From positions 3,823 to 67,822 of the forward strand of contig WFWH01000002.1 in assembly GCA_015491245.1 (NCBI GenBank): a stretch of 64,000 bases of DNA, read 5' to 3'. The notes under the pieces were generated by a model. It was not told where the DNA came from and made no database searches. It saw only the letters and a program-made list of their open reading frames with translations. The position numbers were made by a program, and so were the translations under genes. Positions 58,031 to 64,000 of this stretch are shown in pieces (position 1 is the first letter of the stretch; each line of letters opens with the position of its first letter). The DNA is from Patescibacteria group bacterium (GTDB lineage Bacteria; Patescibacteriota; Minisyncoccia; Phycocordibacterales; UBA12088).

Positions 58031-59026
58031 TTACGCGGTGGCGGGTGCCGCGTGCGCGCGCGCCGCCTCTGCGGCCACATCTGTGAGGATGCGGCCCAAG
58101 TCCCCGCGCAGCACCTCCGCCACATTGGACCACGACTTTTTGATGCGGTGGTCAGTGACCCGATCCTGCAGGATGTTGTAGGTGCGTATTTTTTCCGAAC
58201 GGTCACCGGTGCCTATTTGCGCGCGGCGCGCATGGGCGTATTTTCGCGCCTCCTCTTCCTCCGCCCGCTGCTGCAGTTTTGCCTGAAGGATGCGCAGCGC
58301 CTTCTCGCGGTTCTGCTGCTGGCTCCGCTCTGAGGTGCAGCGCACATCCAACCCGCTGGGCTTATGGATGAGCCGCACCGCCGTTTCCACCTTGTTGACA
58401 TTTTGCCCGCCGGCGCCGCCGGATCGGGAGTACTCTATTTCAATATCTTCCGGCTTGATCTCTATGTGCACTTTCTTCCGCACCGGCAAGATGGCGACGG
58501 ACGCGGTGGAGGTGTGGATGCGGCCGGATTTTTCCGTCTCGGGCACCCTCTGGATGCGGTGCACGCCGGTTTCAAACCTGAGCGCTTCGTACACGCCTTC
58601 CCCCTTCACCTCAAACGATGCCTCCTTGTAGCCTCCCAAATCACTGAGCGACTCTGAAAGGGTGCGCATGCGCCAGCCCCTACTGCGCGCGTACGCCGCA
58701 TACATCTCCGCCAATTCGCGGGCAAACAGCGCCGCCTCTTCCCCTCCCGCGCCCGCGCGCACCTCCAGGATCACCTCGTGGGGAAATTGCTCCTCCTTTT
58801 CTTCTTGGGCGGCAATCTCCTCCATCTGCGCTACCAGCGCATCGTACTGCGCGGAAAGCGCGCGCACCTCTTCTTGCGCGAGCGCGCGCAGAGAGGGATC
58901 GCGCTCTGCCAACTCATCGGCCTCGCGCATTTTTTCGGCAACGCGCGCGGCCTCGCCCGCCAGGAATGCGGTTTTGGGATGCGCACGGAACGGTTGGTGG
59001 CGGGTTGGAAGCTCCATGATGTTCAC
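58031..59026 (-). CDS. prfA: peptide chain release factor 1
   Basis: RF1-type tripeptide context [17 protein letters not shown] motif [20 protein letters not shown]. No internal frameshift site. Confidence 0.85.
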   Translation of the reverse strand: MNIMELPTRHQPFRAHPKTAFLAGEAARVAEKMREADELAERDPSLRALAQEEVRALSAQYDALVAQMEEIAAQEEKEEQFPHEVILEVRAGAGGEEAALFARELAEMYAAYARSRGWRMRTLSESLSDLGGYKEASFEVKGEGVYEALRFETGVHRIQRVPETEKSGRIHTSTASVAILPVRKKVHIEIKPEDIEIEYSRSGGAGGQNVNKVETAVRLIHKPSGLDVRCTSERSQQQNREKALRILQAKLQQRAEEEEARKYAHARRAQIGTGDRSEKIRTYNILQDRVTDHRIKKSWSNVAEVLRGDLGRILTDVAAEAARAHAAPATA

Positions 59027-59090
59027 GGAGGCACACGAGAATGCGCGCCCCTCTACCTACGCAACATTACCAAAAAGGAACGCGTAACAA

Positions 59091-59120
59091 AAAACCCATG
59101 GCACCACGCGCAGCGTGGGG
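59091..59120 (-). terminator. hairpin CCACGC-gca-GCGTGG followed (minus strand) by TTTTTTG after rpmE
   Basis: Plus strand aaaaaacccatggcaccacgcgcagcgtgggg. Non-canonical 9-nt spacing between stem and T-run. Confidence 0.35.
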
Positions 59121-59137
59121 AGCGCGGTATATGTTGG

Positions 59138-59413
59138 TTACCGGCGCGCGGCGCGTGCCGCGCGTGCCGCCTCTTGCCGCTTGCGGAATTTTTCCACCCG
59201 ACCGGTGGTGTCTACGGTCGTTTCTTTTCCGGTGTAAAAGGGGTGGGAAGCGCTAGAGATTTCCACCGTTGCTTTGGGGTAGGTGTTACCGTCTTGCTCC
59301 CACACCTCTTCTTCCGATGTGGCGATGGTGGAGTGCAGCAAAAAACGCGCACCGGAAGCGGCGTCCACAAAAATAACCGGGCGGTAGTTTTTTGGGTGTA
59401 TCCCTTTTTTCAT
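59138..59413 (-). CDS. rpmE: 50S ribosomal protein L31, type B (zinc-ribbon cysteines absent)
   Basis: [33 protein letters not shown]...[12 protein letters not shown], with Ser in place of the usual Cys. Confidence 0.8.
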   Translation of the reverse strand: MKKGIHPKNYRPVIFVDAASGARFLLHSTIATSEEEVWEQDGNTYPKATVEISSASHPFYTGKETTVDTTGRVEKFRKRQEAARAARAARR

Positions 59414-59473
59414 TGCATGCGCATTATACTAAAAAAATACGCTCCTGCAAGAGGCGCGTGCCGAGGCGGGCGT

Positions 59474-60940
59474 TTAGCGCCCCGCACGCTGGAGGATATC
59501 AATCTGCCGCTGGTAGTACGCGGCATGGCGCATGACCCCGTCCCCATAGAACGCATAGGCGGGGTTGGTGGCATTGCTCCAACCCGCAAAGTAGCGCAGG
59601 GCGGCAAGGCGCTCCGCCTCATAGCCGCCGCGATCGGCACCATTATCTTTGAGCAGCAGTGCCGCCGCAAAAAACGCATCCTGCTTGTCCCATGGATTGG
59701 AGGGACGCGCGCGGCCGCTGAGCGCGCGCAGGCGGTCCTGCGATTTTTCATAGCGCCATGGTCCCGCCCAAAATTGGTCCCAACTCAAGCTGCGGCGCGC
59801 ATTGCTGCAATCGCCCGTATTCACATTAACCCACCCGCCATAGCACGCCCAAGTGGAGGGAATAAATTGCGCCGGTCCCATGGCACCACCCCATCCGTAC
59901 GAGGGTTTTTTGGATACCGGCATGCTGTCCGGATTGAGCCCCAACGCTTTCGTGAGTGCGAGAAAGAGCGGTACATCGCGCGTGGGGTGCATGTCGCGCC
60001 GGTAATTGCCGGTGCCCAAAAATTCTCCAAGCTTCGTTTCCTGCGTGAGTACGCCCAAAATGAGCGCGGGGCGCACCCCCGTCTTTGCACCCGCGCGCGT
60101 GGCATATTCCAGTGCCTCCCCGAAGGGAATGGCGCCGGTGTCCCGCAGTGCGAACAGTTCTGCGCGGATATCGGCGGCGGTGCGCTGTTTGGCTTCAATA
60201 AGCGCCTGGTAGCGCGCCTCTTCCCCGCGCGTTTCGGCGAGTATTTCCTTCTTTTGCGCTTCCCGGCTCTCCACCTCCCGCTTCTGTAGCTCTTGGAGCG
60301 TCCTTAGCTCCACCTCCTCGCGGCGTTTTGCCGCAAGTGCGTCCCGCTCGCTGCGCACCGACTCCTTCAGTGCCTCCAGCCGCCGGGAGGAACGCGCCAA
60401 TGCGGCTTTTACCTTCCGTACATCGTCAAAATCTTCAAAAAAGTCTGAGAGATTTTTGTTACTCAAAACAATTTCCACGAGGGACACCTGATCTAGTTCA
60501 TTGGTCTTGCGCACCAGCTGTGCGAGCGCTTCCCTCTCGCGTGCCAGTTTTTCGTCCAAATCGGCAATGGTGCCCTCTTTGCTGCGAATATCTGCAGAGA
60601 GCCCTTGTATGACCAACTCGCGCGCCCGTATGGCAAGGCGTGCTTTTTCTATTTGCGCATCCAAGATGGCAATGTCGCGCTCAAGCGATACCCTCTCTTT
60701 TTGCTTGGTGGAGAGGAGTATCTGCTGGTACTTTATTTGCTCTTCAATCCTTTTTAATTCGCGCTCCAACTGTGCACGGCGCTTTGCAATTGCGTCATCA
60801 GTTTCCGCCGTAAGCGGCGCAGGAAAAACCGCCGTGAAAAAAAGCGCGGTACCCACTGCCAAAAAAAGCGCAGCCGCCGCACGCGCGCGCAAGTGACGGC
60901 AGGGTGATTTGTCCTCAAGGACTGTAGGGCCGTGATTCAT
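59474..60940 (-). CDS. secreted coiled-coil protein with C-terminal MltB-like lytic murein transglycosylase domain
   Basis: Signal/TM AAALFLAVGTALFFTAVFPA. About 250 aa of coiled coil. C-terminal RPALILGVLTQETKLGEF...YGWGGAMGPAQFIPSTW (MltB/SLT_2 GPMQFIPSTW motif). A TATAAT box lies at about 60996-61001 on the minus strand. Confidence 0.55.
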   Translation of the reverse strand: MNHGPTVLEDKSPCRHLRARAAAALFLAVGTALFFTAVFPAPLTAETDDAIAKRRAQLERELKRIEEQIKYQQILLSTKQKERVSLERDIAILDAQIEKARLAIRARELVIQGLSADIRSKEGTIADLDEKLAREREALAQLVRKTNELDQVSLVEIVLSNKNLSDFFEDFDDVRKVKAALARSSRRLEALKESVRSERDALAAKRREEVELRTLQELQKREVESREAQKKEILAETRGEEARYQALIEAKQRTAADIRAELFALRDTGAIPFGEALEYATRAGAKTGVRPALILGVLTQETKLGEFLGTGNYRRDMHPTRDVPLFLALTKALGLNPDSMPVSKKPSYGWGGAMGPAQFIPSTWACYGGWVNVNTGDCSNARRSLSWDQFWAGPWRYEKSQDRLRALSGRARPSNPWDKQDAFFAAALLLKDNGADRGGYEAERLAALRYFAGWSNATNPAYAFYGDGVMRHAAYYQRQIDILQRAGR

Positions 60941-61102
60941 GGGCTAACCCCTAATGGGCGTACGCCTGTTGAAAGGCGCAGCTTTGTATTATACCAATCC
61001 CCTCACTGAGGAAAAACCACACAATCCTGAGAAGCAAAAGGCCCCGTATGTGGACCAGCGAGGCACTGCAGATGCGGCATGCATTTCGATGCGCAATCAG
61101 CG

Positions 61103-61747
61103 CTACGCCGTTTCTCCTTCCTCTTCTTTCTTCCCCCTCTCCGCTACCGCAATAGTATCCAAGTCAGGTGCGACAGCTTCTGCAGAAAGGTCTTCCTCCA
61201 CCGCCTCCTGCACCAGCGCGACCACCTCGGCGCCATCGGTGAGGATTTTCACTCCCGCGGGTGGGCGCACATCGCGCACATGGATTTGGTCCTCAAAGGT
61301 TTTGAGGGGCGATATGTCCACTTCTATGGCGCGCGGCAAATCCTTCGGTAGTGCCTCAATTTCCACCTCGTGCAGCACCTTGATGAGAATGCCGCCGCGC
61401 TCTTTCTCGGCGGGCGCCACGCCCGTAAACTCAAGCGGCACCTCCACTCGCACCGCACTCTGTTGGTCAATAGCGTACAAATCTGCGTGAAGCGGGTTCC
61501 CCAACACAGGGTCAAACGCCACCTCATGTATCAGCACTTGCAGCGGATCCCCCAGCCCCTCAACGTGCACCATGCCCGTCTCGCCCGCCTCTTTCCACGC
61601 GCGGTGAAACGCGCGCGCTTCAATTGCCACAGGGGTTGCGGGAAATTTTTTGCCGTATACCACCGCAGGAATTTTTCCCTCGGCGCGCAAACGCCGATTT
61701 TCCTTTTTGGAAACGCGGTCCCTCTTTTCCACCGAGAGTGATGCCAT
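61103..61747 (-). CDS. rplY: 50S ribosomal protein L25 / general stress protein Ctc
   Basis: MASLSVEKRDRVSKKENRRLRAEGKIPAVVYGKKFPATPVAIEARAF..., with an acidic C-terminal extension. Confidence 0.8.
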   Translation of the reverse strand: MASLSVEKRDRVSKKENRRLRAEGKIPAVVYGKKFPATPVAIEARAFHRAWKEAGETGMVHVEGLGDPLQVLIHEVAFDPVLGNPLHADLYAIDQQSAVRVEVPLEFTGVAPAEKERGGILIKVLHEVEIEALPKDLPRAIEVDISPLKTFEDQIHVRDVRPPAGVKILTDGAEVVALVQEAVEEDLSAEAVAPDLDTIAVAERGKKEEEGETA

Positions 61748-61762
61748 AAATGTTGCGGTAGC

Positions 61763-61791
61763 ACTATAACTTGCCCCCTGCCGAGAGTCAA
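61763..61791 (-). promoter_or_regulatory. promoter TTGACT-17-TATAGT for rplY; the -10 ends 15 nt before the ATG
   Basis: Minus strand ggTTGACTctcggcagggggcaagtTATAGTgctaccgcaacatttATG. Confidence 0.5.
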
Positions 61792-61873
61792 CCTTGTCAG
61801 CGCGGTGCCGCGCACATGCCGCGCTGGGCGCGCACCGGTACCATACCTCTCGCGGCAGCACCCATATCCTTGG

Positions 61874-61879
61874 TATACT
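61874..61879 (+). promoter_or_regulatory. -10 TATACTG upstream of the PfkB kinase gene
   Basis: ccttggTATACTGaaaggg, about 100 nt before the ATG at 61983. Confidence 0.3.
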
Positions 61880-61982
61880 GAAAGGGCGCACGAGCCGAAA
61901 GGGGCACACGCTCACACATTTACATTATATTTACCCAAAACGTGTGCGGCGCCACAAAATCTTCTGCGCTTTAATTGATAGT

Positions 61983-62996
61983 ATGGAACACTCTTTTGAC
62001 TTCATTGCCATCGGCGACATCGTAACCGACGAATTCATAGAGCTGGACCCCCGCGAGGCGGTCGTCTCGGAAAACGAGGAAGGGAGAAAAATACTCTCCA
62101 TGCACTTCGGCGACAAACTGCCGTACCGCGGGGCAACCACCGTGCCCGCCGTCGGCAACAGCCCCAACGCCGCGGTTGCGGCAACCCGCCTCGGGCTGAA
62201 AACCGCACTGGTTACCCACATCGGCGACGACGAGGGCGGCAGGGAAATCCTCACCCAACTGGAGCAAAACGGCATTGACCGCACGTTTGTCCAAATACAG
62301 GAAGGGAAAGAAACCAACCACCACTATGTCCTGCGCTACGGCCCCGAGCGCACCATCCTCATCAAGCACGAGCGCTACGAGTACCGCCTCCCCGACTTGG
62401 GCGCACCGCGCTGGATTTACTTCAGTTCGGTGGGCGAAGATTCACTTCCCTACCACCACGAAATCGCCGCGTATATTGAAACGCACCCGGAGGTAAAGCT
62501 CGCCTTTCAACCGGGCAGTTTTCAAATCAAGCTGGGCTACGAAACCCTCCAAGACATTTATAAGGCATGCGCGCTCTTTTTCTGCAACCGTGAAGAGGCA
62601 ATGAGCATTTTGGAAACCAAAGAGCGCGATATTACCGCGCTTTTGGACGGCCTGCACGAGCGCGGCGTTGCCACACCGGTCGTCACCGACGGGCCGGAGG
62701 GCGCCTATGTGCGCGAAGAGGACGGCAGCATCTGGCACATGCCTATGTACCCCGATCCCGCGCCGCCCGTAGACCGCACGGGCGCGGGTGATGCGTTCGC
62801 TTCCACGTTCACCGCCTGCCTCGCGCGCGGCATGGCGCTTCCCGAAGCCCTGCGCCGCGCGCCCATTAATTCCATGAGCGTGGTGCAGCACATTGGCGCG
62901 CAGGAAGGATTGCTGAGTATGGACGCGCTGGAGGAGTTTCTTGCGCGTGCTCCTTCCCATTACGTACCCCATCAAATTCGCGCGCCGCTTTCCTAA
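61983..62996 (+). CDS. PfkB-family carbohydrate kinase (ribokinase/fructokinase-like)
   Basis: MEHSFDFIAIGDIVTDEF... PfkB signature-2 PVDRTGAGDAFASTF. Confidence 0.75.
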   Translation: MEHSFDFIAIGDIVTDEFIELDPREAVVSENEEGRKILSMHFGDKLPYRGATTVPAVGNSPNAAVAATRLGLKTALVTHIGDDEGGREILTQLEQNGIDRTFVQIQEGKETNHHYVLRYGPERTILIKHERYEYRLPDLGAPRWIYFSSVGEDSLPYHHEIAAYIETHPEVKLAFQPGSFQIKLGYETLQDIYKACALFFCNREEAMSILETKERDITALLDGLHERGVATPVVTDGPEGAYVREEDGSIWHMPMYPDPAPPVDRTGAGDAFASTFTACLARGMALPEALRRAPINSMSVVQHIGAQEGLLSMDALEEFLARAPSHYVPHQIRAPLS

Positions 62997-63229
62997 CTTA
63001 CATCGCAAATCTTCGTGCCTGTGGTTTCTCTCGGTGCCTGCCGGCGTGCCGCGGCCACAGGGGGAGGGATGCGCACCGTGTCATAGCGGGATAGCATAAG
63101 CGCACACCATTCCTTGTCCGCCGCCTCTTCAACACGGATAACGAGCAAACTCGCAAAAAGCGCCACGCTGGCCAACAGCGCTACCGACGGTATGGTGTTG
63201 ATGCGCTGGGTGAGCAATGAGTGCACCAT
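62993..63229 (-). CDS. small hypothetical membrane protein (78 aa)
   Basis: MVHSLLTQRINTIPSVALLASVALFASLLVIRV..., with a low-complexity C-terminal half. It overlaps the pfkB stop by 4 nt. No homology recognised. Confidence 0.25.
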   Translation of the reverse strand: MVHSLLTQRINTIPSVALLASVALFASLLVIRVEEAADKEWCALMLSRYDTVRIPPPVAAARRQAPRETTGTKICDVS

Positions 63230-63303
63230 ACCCGTACGTGCGTGAAGGCGGGAAGCGCCGTGCGTTCTCCTTCAGTCCGTGCGTGTGCGTGGCAATACGT
63301 GCC

Positions 63304-64000
63304 TTACCCTTCCTTGCGCGCCAATGCCGCCCTTATCGCCTCTTTAATGCTCGCCACATCCATACCGTAATGCCGCATGAGCTCTTCAGGGGTGCCCGAT
63401 TGGCCGAACTGGTCGTGCACGCCCACTGTAACCAGGGGAACCGGCGCGTTATGCATGAGCACCTCAGCCACCGCGCCGCCCATGCCCCCCGAAACTTGGT
63501 GCTCTTCCACCGTCACCACCGCACCCGCCCTGCGCGCCACCTCTATCACCAGCGGCTCATCCATGGGCTTTACCGTGTGGTTGTTCACCACCACGGTATC
63601 AATTCCCTCATGCGCAAGTTCAGCGGCGGCACGCACCGCCTCGTACACCAACGGGCCGCAAGCGAACACCGCCACTTCGGGATTATCGCTTTCCCACACC
63701 AGATACGCTTTTCCTATTGCAAAAGGAGTGGCGCGCGTGGTAAAGACGGGCGTTTTGGCGCGGTGGAAGCGAATGTATACAGGGCCGTCGGTTTTTGCCG
63801 CTGCCTCTACCGCTTTGCGCGCCTCCAGCGCATCACAGGGGGCAATAACCGTCATGCGGGGCAGCACGCGCATGATCGCAATATCCTCCAGCGCCTGGTG
63901 CGTGGCGCCGTCGGGCCCCACCGACACTCCGGCATGCATCCCCATCACCTTCACCGGCATCTCGTTGAGGCACACGGTGGTGCGTATTTGCTCCCAATTC
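63304..64000 (-). CDS. tkt: transketolase, C-terminal (pyrimidine-binding + C-terminal) portion; 5' end beyond window
   Basis: ...GPDGATHQALEDIAIMRVLPRMTVIAPCDALEARKAV...GPVYIRF... The ORF runs off the window end. Confidence 0.75.
   Translation of the reverse strand, partial: NWEQIRTTVCLNEMPVKVMGMHAGVSVGPDGATHQALEDIAIMRVLPRMTVIAPCDALEARKAVEAAAKTDGPVYIRFHRAKTPVFTTRATPFAIGKAYLVWESDNPEVAVFACGPLVYEAVRAAAELAHEGIDTVVVNNHTVKPMDEPLVIEVARRAGAVVTVEEHQVSGGMGGAVAEVLMHNAPVPLVTVGVHDQFGQSGTPEELMRHYGMDVASIKEAIRAALARKEG

Noticed and set aside
58031-59026. Programmed +1 frameshift as in prfB
   Set aside because: The protein is RF1 (PET tripeptide context, no SPF) and is a single uninterrupted ORF.

Overview
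This 64-kb window is a high-GC (roughly 65%), gene-dense stretch of bacterial chromosome, and about 85% of its genes sit on the minus strand. Most of them are recognisable housekeeping genes.

- **Housekeeping genes:** ppsA, glycerate kinase, uppP, a UvrD-type helicase-nuclease, rpoD-dnaG, rpoC-rpoB, trmD / KH protein / rpsP, rnr, cyclophilin, an SMC-like protein, rnc, a NusB-NUDIX fusion, rpmF, rnhB, dnaE, thrS, gyrB, pheT-pheS, tRNA-Thr, tsf-rpsB, prfA, rpmE, rplY, a PfkB kinase and a transketolase C-terminal half.
- **Surface-protein islands:** the cluster at 3.5-8.4 kb encodes three cohesin-domain membrane proteins and a dockerin plus cysteine-rich-repeat protein. The cluster at 41.4-47 kb encodes a sortase, a 933-aa surface protein with an internal [LI]PxTG-like signal, and a CARDB protein. 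Further along sit a secreted alanine-rich coiled-coil protein, a PEGA protein with a GT2 synthase, and a coiled-coil lytic transglycosylase.
- **Genome character:** many proteins are shortened (PheS, PheT, ThrRS, EF-Ts, SMC). The rimM and rplKAJL genes are missing from their usual places. Almost no gene has a Shine-Dalgarno sequence, and a recurring TATACT(G) -10 box lies close to many start codons. This fits a reduced, possibly episymbiotic (CPR/Patescibacteria-like) lineage, but that taxonomic reading is inference only.
- **Genetic code and mobile elements:** the standard code is used, with TGA as a stop. No CRISPR array, transposase or integrase is visible.
- **Main candidate novel systems:** the cohesin-dockerin surface module, and the sortase with its atypical internal-sorting-signal substrate. 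Secondary oddities are the NusB-NUDIX fusion, an inverted copy of the tRNA-Thr 3' end, a lysine/alanine-rich tail on sigma-70, and an SD-sequestering hairpin ahead of a small basic protein.

Coordinates for starts, promoters and small elements were read off the printed sequence by hand and may be a few nucleotides off.
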